Shown: in pieces, positions 35,170-44,896 of the stretch
How the letters are laid out: each line of letters opens with the position of its first letter
Numbering within the stretch: the first letter of the stretch is position 1
Origin: a virus
Lineage: Duplodnaviria; Caudoviricetes
Strand: one strand, 5' to 3'
Length of the DNA: 51,136 nt
Virus record (IMG/VR): IMGVR_UViG_3300048861_000266
Coordinates: 1 to 51,136 of that record
Notes under the pieces: generated by a model
What the model was told of the DNA's origin: nothing
Seen by the model: only the letters and a program-made list of their open reading frames with translations
Databases searched by the model: none
Translations under genes and position numbers: made by a program

Positions 35170-35591
35170 CGACGATCGCCTACGACGGGAAGTCGGTTTG
35201 CACCGATAGCCAAATAACCAGCAGAAATAGCGTCTTCGGATTCAGCCGGAAGGTATTCCGACTGGAGTCAGGGGCGATTGTGGCGTTCTGCGGAAAAATG
35301 GTCTTGGCTTATGCCGTGATGCTCTGGCTCGACGGCAAGGCGGAACGGCCTGCCGTCGTCGACGCTGAAGGCTTCACCGCGCTGCTGGTCGAGCCGGACG
35401 GCTCGGCGTGGGAATACGACGAATCTCTCAGTCGCTGCCCCGCGTGCGTACCCTGGGCAGGCGGTAGCGGAGAGCTGATCGTTGCGACGGCGATGCGATG
35501 CGGGAAGACCGCGCGGGAAGCAGTCGCCATCGCGTGCGAACTGGACGTCTATACGGGCGGAGAAATCCAGGAGATGCGCCATGGCCACTGA
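35166..35591 (+). CDS. HslV/proteasome-beta-like Ntn hydrolase
   Basis: MTTIAY..., DSQ, RK, GGSG and AV.IA..LD.YTGG. Confidence 0.75.
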   Translation: MTTIAYDGKSVCTDSQITSRNSVFGFSRKVFRLESGAIVAFCGKMVLAYAVMLWLDGKAERPAVVDAEGFTALLVEPDGSAWEYDESLSRCPACVPWAGGSGELIVATAMRCGKTAREAVAIACELDVYTGGEIQEMRHGH

Positions 35592-35967
35592 CTATGCCGC
35601 CAAGGCTGCGCGCGCCACGGCGATGCTGAAGCGCTACGGCATGGATCTGGAGATCGTCCGGAGCACGCCGTCCGGCGCGTATGACCCCGGGACGGGCGAT
35701 ACAGCGCCGGCGGTGACCAGCACGTTCCCTGGCACCGGTGCCAAGTTCAATTACGAGCAGGACGACGTTGACGGCACGCTGGTGAAGCAGGGCGACCAGC
35801 AGCTTTATTTGTCGGTCCATCAGAGCGACGGCACGGACATGCCGCTCCCTGTCACCGGCGACGTGGCCTTGATCGGAGGCAAGCGGTTCCGCGTGGAAGA
35901 CGTGAGTGACATCGAGCCGACCACGGTGCCGCTGCTCTTTATCTGCCAGATCCGGGGAGTGAAATGA
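35581..35967 (+). CDS. Head closure/head-tail connector
   Basis: YDPGTG...DGTLVKQGD; position in the neck module. Confidence 0.7.
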   Translation: MATDYAAKAARATAMLKRYGMDLEIVRSTPSGAYDPGTGDTAPAVTSTFPGTGAKFNYEQDDVDGTLVKQGDQQLYLSVHQSDGTDMPLPVTGDVALIGGKRFRVEDVSDIEPTTVPLLFICQIRGVK

Positions 35968-36422
35968 CAGCGTCCTTTGCGGAGCAGCTTAGCGCCTTCG
36001 CCGAAAAGACGAAGCAAAAGCACGACGTGATCGTGCGCCGCGTTGTTCTGCAGATCGGCGCAAGCTTGGTGGAACGCTCCCCGGTGGGCAATCCCGACCT
36101 GTGGGCCGCCAACCAGAACGGCAAGGTCGCAGGCAAAGGCTACGTCGGAGGCCGGTTTCGAGCGAACTGGCAGATCAGCGCCGGCGATCGCGCATCAGGC
36201 GTCATCGATGCCATAGACGCCTCCGGCGACGTCAGCATGGCGCGCATCTCGGCGTTCGTCGCCGCGCTGCAGGCCGGCGGCGTCGTCTACATCACCAACA
36301 ACCTCCCGTATGCCCAGAAGCTGGAATACGGGCATTCGAAGCAGGCGCCGGCAGGGATGGTTCGCATCACTGCGGTCGAATTTCAAGCCTATGTCGATCG
36401 AATTCTGAAAGAACTCCCATGA
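35964..36422 (+). CDS. Neck protein (HK97 gp10-like)
   Basis: SPV...GRFRANW...NNLPYAQKLEYGHSKQAPAGMVR. Confidence 0.8.
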   Translation: MTASFAEQLSAFAEKTKQKHDVIVRRVVLQIGASLVERSPVGNPDLWAANQNGKVAGKGYVGGRFRANWQISAGDRASGVIDAIDASGDVSMARISAFVAALQAGGVVYITNNLPYAQKLEYGHSKQAPAGMVRITAVEFQAYVDRILKELP

Positions 36423-36841
36423 AAAGCCAGATACGCGGCGCCATTGAATCGAAGCTTGGCGCCTGGGCCGCCGCGCGCGCGCCCGCGCTGGCCATCGGCT
36501 GGGAGAACGTGGCGTTCGTGCCGCCAGCCCCGCCTTATCTGCGCGGCTTCCTCATGACGGCGGAGCCTCAGAACCCCGCCTTGGGCGTCTCCCTGCAGCG
36601 TCACACGGGCATCTATCAGGTGTCGGTCTATGGCCCCGAGGGCGAAGGCGCTGGCGCCACGGAGCGGCTGGCCGGCGAAATCGCGGAGCTGTTCAGGCGC
36701 GGCGCTGGCGCGCACGACGCAGCGGGAACCATTCAGGTGCTGTTCGAACGGACGCCGGCTATCGGCCCAAGCCAATCGCAAAACGATGGCACCTTCTTTC
36801 TCCCCGTGTCGATCCGCTACCGCGCCGACGCCTTCGTCTGA
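36419..36841 (+). CDS. Tail terminator (DUF4128-like)
   Basis: WENVAF.PP...GIYQVSV...PVSIRY. Confidence 0.75.
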   Translation: MKSQIRGAIESKLGAWAAARAPALAIGWENVAFVPPAPPYLRGFLMTAEPQNPALGVSLQRHTGIYQVSVYGPEGEGAGATERLAGEIAELFRRGAGAHDAAGTIQVLFERTPAIGPSQSQNDGTFFLPVSIRYRADAFV

Positions 36842-36847
36842 GCCCCA

Positions 36848-36943
36848 ATGTCCGAGATCACCAAAACCCTGCACCTCGCACTGCTGCGTGCCGCCAAGAT
36901 GGCGATCGCGGCGTGGGAAGCGTGGCTGAAAGCACAGAAGTAA
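36848..36943 (+). CDS. 31-aa amphipathic peptide
   Basis: MSEITKTLHLALLRAAKMAIAAWEAWLKAQK. Confidence 0.5.
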   Translation: MSEITKTLHLALLRAAKMAIAAWEAWLKAQK

Positions 36944-37091
36944 TTCGCGAAGTGCGCCCCGCGAAAGCCGCGCGCGCCTCGTTCCAATCAGGCATCTAAC
37001 GCCATTCAAGTATCCGGGCACGCTGGTCTGCCGCGCCGAAAGGCCCCGCAGCCGATTTGCCTCCCCGGTCCCCACCGTGGAGCAGCAAATT

Positions 37092-38054
37092 ATGACCATC
37101 GCCAAGGGTATTTTTCGAACCGTCACCTACAAGAAAGAGCTTGTGTTCGGCGTCAAGCCGGTCGCCGCCGGCGCGCAAGAGCTGCGCCGCACCGAGTTCG
37201 ACCTGAACCTGACGAAGGAGACGTTCTCCAGCAATCAAATCGTCGGGCATCAGCAGCAGGTCGATTTCCGGCACGGCGCCGAGAAGGTCGATGGGACGTT
37301 GCAGGACGAGGTTTCGGGCCTGACTCACAAGGATCTCTGGGCCGCGTTGCTACGTGGCACCTGGGTGCCTGGCGAGCTCGGCGACACCCCGGGCACGCTG
37401 ACCGTCCCGCAAACCGGGCACACCTCGGACAGTTTCTCGATCGAGTCGTGGCGCTCCGACATTGCCCAGTCCGAGGTCTTCACCGGCAACCGCATCACGC
37501 AAGCACAGGTTCAGCTGCCGGCAAACGGCATGGCCACCGTCTCCTTTACGGTGATGGGCAAGTCCATGGAGACGGCCGGCGCGCAGTATTTCACCGCGCC
37601 CACCGCCGCGACCACCACGCCGACCGAGGCGGGCGTCTCGGGCGAACTGCTGATCGACGGCGTTGCCGTGGCGACCGTCACCGCGGCTGACTTCACCGTC
37701 AACGGAAACGGAAGCGTCGGCGCGGTCATCGGTTCCAAGTCCACGCCCGACGTGTTCGTCGGCCGGATTGATGTCTCGGGCAATTTCTCGGTCTATCACC
37801 AGGACGCCACGCTGTTGCGCAAGTTCCTGGACGAGGCCGAGCTCTCGCTGAAGATCACGCTGACCGAGGGCGGGGACTCGACCGATTTCATCGCATTCGA
37901 ATTCCCGCGCCTGAAGCTGGGCAGCTACACGGTCAAGGATGCCGCTGGCGAAGCCATCGCCCAGTGCTCCTTCACTGCCCTGATGGACGGCACGGGCGCC
38001 ACGCCGGCCGACAAATCCGTCATCAAGATTACCGATAGCCGCATCGCGGCATAA
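37092..38054 (+). CDS. Major tail tube protein
   Basis: Position, beta-rich composition, GGAG SD, followed by a terminator. Confidence 0.85.
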   Translation: MTIAKGIFRTVTYKKELVFGVKPVAAGAQELRRTEFDLNLTKETFSSNQIVGHQQQVDFRHGAEKVDGTLQDEVSGLTHKDLWAALLRGTWVPGELGDTPGTLTVPQTGHTSDSFSIESWRSDIAQSEVFTGNRITQAQVQLPANGMATVSFTVMGKSMETAGAQYFTAPTAATTTPTEAGVSGELLIDGVAVATVTAADFTVNGNGSVGAVIGSKSTPDVFVGRIDVSGNFSVYHQDATLLRKFLDEAELSLKITLTEGGDSTDFIAFEFPRLKLGSYTVKDAAGEAIAQCSFTALMDGTGATPADKSVIKITDSRIAA

Positions 38055-38082
38055 CCGAATCAGCCTACCAAGGCTGCCTCTT

Positions 38083-38120
38083 GGCCGCAGTCAGGTAACC
38101 CTGCTGCGGCCTTTTTTATT
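38083..38120 (+). terminator. Intrinsic terminator
   Basis: GGCCGCAG/CTGCGGCC followed by a T tract. Confidence 0.75.
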
Positions 38121-38168
38121 CCCGCAAACGCCACCCTCAGAGGTGGCTTTCTTATTGAGGCAATACCT

Positions 38169-38591
38169 ATGACCAAAGCAGCCGAAAAAGTCATCTCGAT
38201 CGAAGATTTCGACGAGCGCACCCAGCATGATCAGGGCGTCGAAGTGGAACTGCTGTACGCCGATAGCGCTCCCACCGGAATCTTCGTGACGGTCGTCGGT
38301 GACGCATCCGCGCGTATGCAAGCGCACGCCTTCCGCATGATCAATTCGATCCGTCGCCAAAGCGCGGTAACCGCGCGCAAGAAGGGCGCCGACGTTCGCA
38401 CCATCGAAGAAGATGCCGCCCAGACGCTGGAAAAGGCCGTCATGTCCGTAACCGGGTGGCGCGGCCCCAAGGAAGAGTTCAGCCCCGCATTGCTGAAACG
38501 GGCCCTGGATCGCAATCCTAGCTTTGTGCAGCAGATCCTCGAAACCTCGGCTGACGCTTCGCTTTTTACGAAGAGCTCGCCGACCGCCTGA
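38169..38591 (+). CDS. Tail assembly chaperone (G-like)
   Basis: Between the tube and tape measure genes; slippery CTTTTT near its end. Confidence 0.85.
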   Translation: MTKAAEKVISIEDFDERTQHDQGVEVELLYADSAPTGIFVTVVGDASARMQAHAFRMINSIRRQSAVTARKKGADVRTIEEDAAQTLEKAVMSVTGWRGPKEEFSPALLKRALDRNPSFVQQILETSADASLFTKSSPTA

Positions 38592-38944
38592 TCGAGTGGG
38601 CTGAGGCCGAGTTCGAACTCAACGCCCGCCAGGGCGACGGCGGCACCCTTCGCGATCATCTTCTCGCCATCGAGAAGAGCACAGGAAGGACGCCGGCGGC
38701 CCTCGAGGCGGCTGGCGAGATGCCCGATGGTGCGGAATATCTCTGGGAGTGGTTCTGCGCTCTGTCGCAAAAGCGGCAGTTCGGGATGGGGCCAAATCCA
38801 ATTTCGGAGGAGGCCATCGGTTGGTTCTTCCGCAACCGTAGCCTGCGTGCCCAGGACTGGGAACTTCGTACCTTGACCAGGCTGGATCAGGCCTGGCTTA
38901 CCGCCCAGGCGAAAGACAAGCCGAAGGAAGGGAAGGGCAAATAG
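38563..38944 (+). CDS. Tail chaperone GT extension via -1 frameshift
   Basis: The -1 frame is open from TTTTAC (FYEELADRLIEW...) to 38944. Confidence 0.8.
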
Positions 38945-38987
38945 ATCGTTGTTACCTGGGCCGGCAGCTGCTGGTCCTTCTTATTTC

Positions 38988-39016
38988 AAGGCCCGCCGCG
39001 TGCGGGCCTTCTCTTT
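38988..39016 (+). terminator. Terminator-like hairpin
   Basis: AAGGCCCGC/GCGGGCCTT followed by CTCTTT. Confidence 0.55.
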
Positions 39017-39025
39017 GGGTGCGCC

Positions 39026-42000
39026 ATGTCGACAGAAGAAGCCGGCCTTTCAATCAAGATCGACAGCAGCGACGCGCCGCGCGCCGCAGCAGATCTCGAT
39101 AAGGTCACTGCCGCAGGCGTCAAGACCGAGGATGTCGCCAAGCGCGTCAAGAAGTCTTGGCTGGACACCATCCAAAGCGTGGGCGCCGACACGGCGGCCA
39201 TGTCGAGCAAGTTCGACGTGCTCAACAGCACGCAGTCCAAGATGCTCGCCGTCGTGGAACGCGTTGCGACGCAGCTGGACCGCATGGCCACGGCCATGGA
39301 GCGTACCGCTTCGCGCTCGAGCGCCGTCACGGATGCGGCCAACAAGAACGCGGAAGCCCTGGACAAGGTCGAACGCAGCTCGCGCGCGGCCGAGGCTGCC
39401 AGCAAGTCGCTTTCGGAAACGGAAGACCAGGCCGCCGCGCGCTACCGCGCCATCGCTCAATCGGCCACCGAGGCCGCCGCTGCGCGCGCACGCGATGCTG
39501 ACGCGCTGCGCCAGGCCGCCACGGCAGAACGCGAACTGACGGCCGCTCAAGGCTCGACCGCTGCCTCTGCTGCTGCCACTCGCGCGCAGTTGGGGGCGCA
39601 GAACGCCCAGTTCCAATCAATGACCAACGAGATCAATCAGACCTCGGCGGCCCTCACCTCGATCGGCCGCGGCGCTGGATCCATGCAGGCCGTTCAGGTG
39701 CAGACGGATAAGCTGATCAAGCTGTGGAGCACGGGCAAGATCACCGCCGAGCAATACGACGTGGCGCTGAAGCAGATCGACGCGTCCGAAGCGGCCTTGG
39801 CCGCCAGCAGCGCGAAAGCTTCCGCCGCTGGCGACAAGTTCATCCAGAACTTGAAGGAGCAGGCCGCCACCGCCGGACTGACCGCGCGCCAGTTGCTGGA
39901 ATATCGCGCGGCACAGTTGGGCGTGTCAGATAAGGCCGCGCCGCTGATCGAGCAGCTTGCGACAGTGAACAAGTCGTTCGGAAGCACAGCCACCTCTGCG
40001 AAGCAGACGGCTGCTGCTATGCGCGGAGTGCCGGCGCAGTTCACCGACATCGTTACGAGCCTCCGGGGCGGCCAGGCACCGATTACCGTGCTGCTTCAGC
40101 AAGGCGGGCAGCTGCGCGACATGTTCGGCAGCGTCGGGGCCGCCGCTCGCGCGCTCGGCACTTTCATGCTGGGCCTGATAAATCCATACGTCATTCTCGC
40201 CGCGGCCGTGGGCACGCTCGGCCTGGCCTATTTCCAAGGAAGTCAGGAGTCGGTCGCCTATAACAAAGCTCTCGTCATGAGCGGCAATTACGCCGGCGTG
40301 ACAAGCGGTCAGATGGGCACGATGGCCGCCAGCATCGCCAGAATCTCCGGCACTCAAGGAGGTGCAGCGCAAGCACTCACGGCGCTCGCTTCCACCGGGC
40401 AAGTGGCTGGCAAGCAGATGGAAGGTTTCGCGCTCGCCGCGGTCAAGGCTAAGGACGCCTGGGGCCAGAGCATCGACGACACCGTGAAAAACTTCGTTCG
40501 CCTGGGTGAGGCGCCGTCCGAAACGCTACTCAAATTGAATGAGGGCCAGAATTTCCTAACTGCGTCGATCTATAAACAGGTCGCTGCACTGGAAGAGCAG
40601 GGCAAGAAAACGGATGCGGCGAGGCTTGCCCAGGACACCTACGCCAATGCCACCGTGGCACTAGCCGACAACGTGAAACAGCAGGCTGGGGCCTTAGAGC
40701 GCGCATGGGACGGCATTGCTAGCACGGCGAAGCGGGCGTGGGACGCCATGCTGAACGTGGGCCGGCCGCAGTCTCTCGCTGACATGAAGCAGCAATTCTC
40801 TGCTGTGCAGGCCCAATTGGCCGACCTCCAGCAGAATCAGGGCATGGTGACCGCCCCAGGCGGCGCGCGCTTTGGCGGCGGCAACAATCGGGCCGCCCAG
40901 GCCATCACTCGTTTACAAGCCCAGTCGGATCAACTGCGTTCCGCAATCACTGCCGAGGATGCCAAAACGGCGGAGACCGAGGCGCAGGGCGCTGCGGTTC
41001 AGCTTGAAAAGACCAAGACCGAAAACACGAAGTGGATCACTGCGCAGCAGCAGGCAATGCGCACGCGCAATCAAATGCGCGACGACGAACTCGCCCAGAT
41101 TCGGGTAAAAGGCGCCAATTCGGCTGCCACGCAGCAGCAGGTCGATGACCTTATTGAGAACGTCAAGAAAAAGTACGAGGACAAGGGTTCCACCTCCTCC
41201 GTAGCCGCTAACGTGTCGGCCCACGCTCAACAAATGGCTGACATCGAGTCGCAGATCCAGGCCGAAGAACAACTGGCCAAGTCGCTCGACCTGTACGGCG
41301 CCGCTGCTGACAAGGCGAACTCGGGGGACAAACTCGTCCTCAAGATCCAGAACGAGCTAACGCTCGCTGTGGTGAACCGCGCCAACAAGCAGACCGATGC
41401 TCAATTGAAGGAAGCGCTGGCCCGCGCTCAAGTGCTCGCGGCCGACCAGAAAGCGAACGACGCACGGCAGAAGGCCATAAAGCTCAACCAGGATTATGAC
41501 GCCTGGCAGGACAAGCTGAGCGACGGCACCAAGGCGCTTTCCGACACGCTGGCCGAGCAAACCGCGCTCTACGGAAAAACCGGCGAGGCGCGCACGATCG
41601 CCACGGCGCAATCGAAGATCCTGCGCGACGCAGAGAAGTTCCTGGCCGACGAGCAGCGCAAGGGCATCACCGTCACCGACGATATGGCGGCGAAGGTGCG
41701 GGACTACGCCAAGGCCAATGCCGACCTGACTGGCTCGATCATGGCGCAAAGCCAAGCCTACCAGGGCGCGCAGCAGTTGATGGACGAGAACAAGAAGTTC
41801 GCGGCCGATTCCATTCTCGACGAGACGGCGCGCAACAAGGCGCTGACGGAGATCGACGCCGACGCTTGGCGCCAGCGCATTAAGTTGGCCGGCGACGGCA
41901 CCGACGCGCAGCAGAAGCTGATTGAACAATACGACACCTGGTATGCGAACCAACTGAGCAAGCCCCAGATTGAGCAGGCGAAGCAGCTTATCAGCGACCT

Positions 42001-44893
42001 GGACCGCGTGTTCCAAGATGGCTTCGCCAACATGCTGAACGGGGGTAAGGGAACGTGGGAATCGTTCACTCAATCGCTCGTGACCACGTTCAAGACCACC
42101 GTGGCCGACCAGATTTACAAGATGTTCGTCAAGCCGATCATCGTCCAGTTGGTGGGCTCGCTCACGGGCGTCTCGGGTCTTGGTGGGTCGAGCAGCTCCG
42201 GCAGCAGTGACCTCATTTCGGGCTTTATGAGTCTCCTTGGGCTTTCGGGCGCCAGCGGCAGCAATGCCCCATCCGGCACGGGCGGCGGCAATCTGATGGG
42301 CGGGCTTAACACCGCGTCCACCGTCAACACCTTGTACGGCCTGATGAAGAACGGATTTAGCGGCATATCCGACACCATTTCCAGCCTCATCGGCAAAATT
42401 ACCGGGCAGGTGGCCACCGACTCGGTGGCGAGCGCTACAGCCAATTCGGCAGCTGCTGCTATAGCCGAAGGGCTGGGGCAAGGAGCTGGTGCTGCGGCTT
42501 TGGATACTGCGGCGACGGCGGCTGCCTCAGCAGCAGCCGAAGCAGCTGCAAGCACTTCCGGAGCCTTGATCGCGGACGGGTTGGGTACTGCGGTCTCTGC
42601 TGCGACTTCCACTGCTGCAACCGCTGCTGCTGCAGAGGCGGCCGGCGCTGCTGCCACAACGGCGGCTAGTGCTGCTGCGGGTGGGCTCGGTGCGCAGCTG
42701 GCGTCGAAACTGGTGGCAAGCTGGCCTGTGGCCCTGGCCTATGCCGTGTGGCAGAACGACAAGATGTACAAGGACGGCGTCCGATACGAGGACATGGACG
42801 TCACCGGCGTGGGGTCGGTGGTCAACGCGCCCATGAAGTTCGTGGACGACACGCTGAACAAGATCGGCCTGAGTGGTCGTGTGGCGAACCTGCTCTCGGG
42901 CCTGGCGCTGTCGGCCATGGTGTGGGGCAAGAACGGCATGTTCGGCGGCGAGACCCGCTACGGCTCTGGGCCCTTTGTTGGCTATTCCACCGACAACCAG
43001 GTGCAGGGCGAGGGCGGTCCGTCCGGCGGCGACCCGAATCTCGACAACACGAAGGCGATTGTTCAGAAGAACTACGACAACACTCGCGATCTGATTACCG
43101 CATTGGGCGGCACGGCAGACGCGCTGTACATGTTCAATGACTGGGAGCTTTCCCCTAAGAACGGCAACTCTTTCGTCCGTTCTGTGGTCCGGAACGATGC
43201 CGGCGACGGCGGGCCCGATTTCGATAACCGCATCGATCTCGACACGAAAGACTACGGCGACGTGATGACCGCGTACATGACCGAGATGAAGCGGTCGATG
43301 CTCGCGGCCGTCGCCAACTCGAACGTCAATTCCGTCTACAAGGATTACCTCGCGAACAACGGCGATCTGAAAACCGCCGATGACGCTACCCTCACGGGGC
43401 TGATGGAGGGAATTCAGAAGATCCAGGCGTTCAGTGTCGCATTGAAAGAGCTGCCGTTCGCCAACATGCGCGGCCTGACCCTTGAGGCGGGCATGTCGCT
43501 GGCGAACTTCATGGGCGGTCTGGATAAGTTCCAGGCGTCGATGGACTCCTACTTCAACAACTATTACTCGGACTCGGAAAAATTCAACAAGCTGACCACC
43601 GATGTGACGCGGCAGTTTGCGAATATCGGGCTGGATCTTCCGACGAGCAAGGCGCAGTTTCGCCAGATGGCGGAAGCGCTCGACCTGTCCACCAAGTCCG
43701 GGCGCGACACCTATGTCGCCATGATGAACCTGCAGCAGGGGTTCTCGGACTACGAGGCGACTGTTGGGCAAGTGGCTGATGCGATAACCCAGGCTGCGCA
43801 ACAACAGGCGGCAGCTGCGCAACAGCAGCAGGATGCGCTTAAGCAGACGCTGAGCGGCAATGTGCAAGCAGCCTACGACCGTGAATCGCAGGCTCTGCAG
43901 GCGCGCGTCGATAACCTCAACTCGTTCGTTGACGCACTCGACAAGCTGCAGGACTCGCTCAATCTGGGTGATCTCTCTCCGCTCAGCCCGCAGGACAAGC
44001 TGGCAGAGGCGAAGCGCCAGTACGAAGAAACACTGGCGAAGGCTCAGGGCGGCGACGAAGGCGCGCAGAGCGACCTGGCCACCGCGGCGCAGAACTATCT
44101 GAACGCGTCGAAGGGCTGGAACGCATCGAGTGAAGCCTACGCGGACACCTTCGCCAAGGTGCAGGCCGACCTGGCTATCACCAAGGCGTCGGCCAGCAGC
44201 GCGCTGGACATTGCCAAGCAGCAGCTCGACGAGATGAAGAAGTCGGTCGAGGGCATCCTCAAGCTCGATGACAGCGTGCAGTCATTAGCGGATGCGCTGG
44301 CTGCATACGCTTCGGCATTCGGCAGTGGCAATGCCTATCTCGGTGCGAACCCTGATGTAAATCAGGCCTTTCAGCAGGACCCGGGTGGCATGAATGCCAA
44401 CCAGTATGCCGCCTATCACTATGCGGCCTACGGAGCAGGGGAAGGGCGCAACTCGACCGGCGTAGTGATGAACCCGGCCGACGAGTACCTGATGAACAAC
44501 CCCGATGTTCTGGCGGCCTATCAAGCCGGCAATGGTGGCGGCATGACACCGGAGCAGTACGCGGCGTTCCATTACGCCACCTACGGCGCCGGCGAAGGCC
44601 GCTCCTTCGCCGTGGGCACGAACTATGTGCCCTACGACATGAAGGCAGACATCCATGAAGGCGAGCGGATTATCCCGAAGGCGGATAACCGCGCGCTAAT
44701 GGACATGCTGCAGCGGCCGGCGTCGAGTAGCAGCGACGACGTGTGCGAGGAACTGCGCGAGTTAAAGGAAACGATCGCGCAACTGCTCAAGGCGGGGCTC
44801 AACCAGCAAGCGGCAATCGCGGAGAAAGACACCGCGGAGCGCGGCAAGCTGGTCGATGCGTCGCGCCGCTCTTCTTTAGTCACCAACGGATAA
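39026..44893 (+). CDS. Tail tape measure protein
   Basis: 1955 aa, Ala/Gln-rich; lambda-type PAQFTDIVTSL..GQ.P..VLLQQGGQLRDMFG motif. Confidence 0.95.
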   Translation: MSTEEAGLSIKIDSSDAPRAAADLDKVTAAGVKTEDVAKRVKKSWLDTIQSVGADTAAMSSKFDVLNSTQSKMLAVVERVATQLDRMATAMERTASRSSAVTDAANKNAEALDKVERSSRAAEAASKSLSETEDQAAARYRAIAQSATEAAAARARDADALRQAATAERELTAAQGSTAASAAATRAQLGAQNAQFQSMTNEINQTSAALTSIGRGAGSMQAVQVQTDKLIKLWSTGKITAEQYDVALKQIDASEAALAASSAKASAAGDKFIQNLKEQAATAGLTARQLLEYRAAQLGVSDKAAPLIEQLATVNKSFGSTATSAKQTAAAMRGVPAQFTDIVTSLRGGQAPITVLLQQGGQLRDMFGSVGAAARALGTFMLGLINPYVILAAAVGTLGLAYFQGSQESVAYNKALVMSGNYAGVTSGQMGTMAASIARISGTQGGAAQALTALASTGQVAGKQMEGFALAAVKAKDAWGQSIDDTVKNFVRLGEAPSETLLKLNEGQNFLTASIYKQVAALEEQGKKTDAARLAQDTYANATVALADNVKQQAGALERAWDGIASTAKRAWDAMLNVGRPQSLADMKQQFSAVQAQLADLQQNQGMVTAPGGARFGGGNNRAAQAITRLQAQSDQLRSAITAEDAKTAETEAQGAAVQLEKTKTENTKWITAQQQAMRTRNQMRDDELAQIRVKGANSAATQQQVDDLIENVKKKYEDKGSTSSVAANVSAHAQQMADIESQIQAEEQLAKSLDLYGAAADKANSGDKLVLKIQNELTLAVVNRANKQTDAQLKEALARAQVLAADQKANDARQKAIKLNQDYDAWQDKLSDGTKALSDTLAEQTALYGKTGEARTIATAQSKILRDAEKFLADEQRKGITVTDDMAAKVRDYAKANADLTGSIMAQSQAYQGAQQLMDENKKFAADSILDETARNKALTEIDADAWRQRIKLAGDGTDAQQKLIEQYDTWYANQLSKPQIEQAKQLISDLDRVFQDGFANMLNGGKGTWESFTQSLVTTFKTTVADQIYKMFVKPIIVQLVGSLTGVSGLGGSSSSGSSDLISGFMSLLGLSGASGSNAPSGTGGGNLMGGLNTASTVNTLYGLMKNGFSGISDTISSLIGKITGQVATDSVASATANSAAAAIAEGLGQGAGAAALDTAATAAASAAAEAAASTSGALIADGLGTAVSAATSTAATAAAAEAAGAAATTAASAAAGGLGAQLASKLVASWPVALAYAVWQNDKMYKDGVRYEDMDVTGVGSVVNAPMKFVDDTLNKIGLSGRVANLLSGLALSAMVWGKNGMFGGETRYGSGPFVGYSTDNQVQGEGGPSGGDPNLDNTKAIVQKNYDNTRDLITALGGTADALYMFNDWELSPKNGNSFVRSVVRNDAGDGGPDFDNRIDLDTKDYGDVMTAYMTEMKRSMLAAVANSNVNSVYKDYLANNGDLKTADDATLTGLMEGIQKIQAFSVALKELPFANMRGLTLEAGMSLANFMGGLDKFQASMDSYFNNYYSDSEKFNKLTTDVTRQFANIGLDLPTSKAQFRQMAEALDLSTKSGRDTYVAMMNLQQGFSDYEATVGQVADAITQAAQQQAAAAQQQQDALKQTLSGNVQAAYDRESQALQARVDNLNSFVDALDKLQDSLNLGDLSPLSPQDKLAEAKRQYEETLAKAQGGDEGAQSDLATAAQNYLNASKGWNASSEAYADTFAKVQADLAITKASASSALDIAKQQLDEMKKSVEGILKLDDSVQSLADALAAYASAFGSGNAYLGANPDVNQAFQQDPGGMNANQYAAYHYAAYGAGEGRNSTGVVMNPADEYLMNNPDVLAAYQAGNGGGMTPEQYAAFHYATYGAGEGRSFAVGTNYVPYDMKADIHEGERIIPKADNRALMDMLQRPASSSSDDVCEELRELKETIAQLLKAGLNQQAAIAEKDTAERGKLVDASRRSSLVTNG

Positions 44894-44896
44894 GCC

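Noticed and set aside
28146-43867. Long minus-strand ORFs in the late region (e.g. 28146-29171, 32175-33035, 41357-42481, 42527-43867)
   Set aside because: Antisense shadows of well-supported structural genes.
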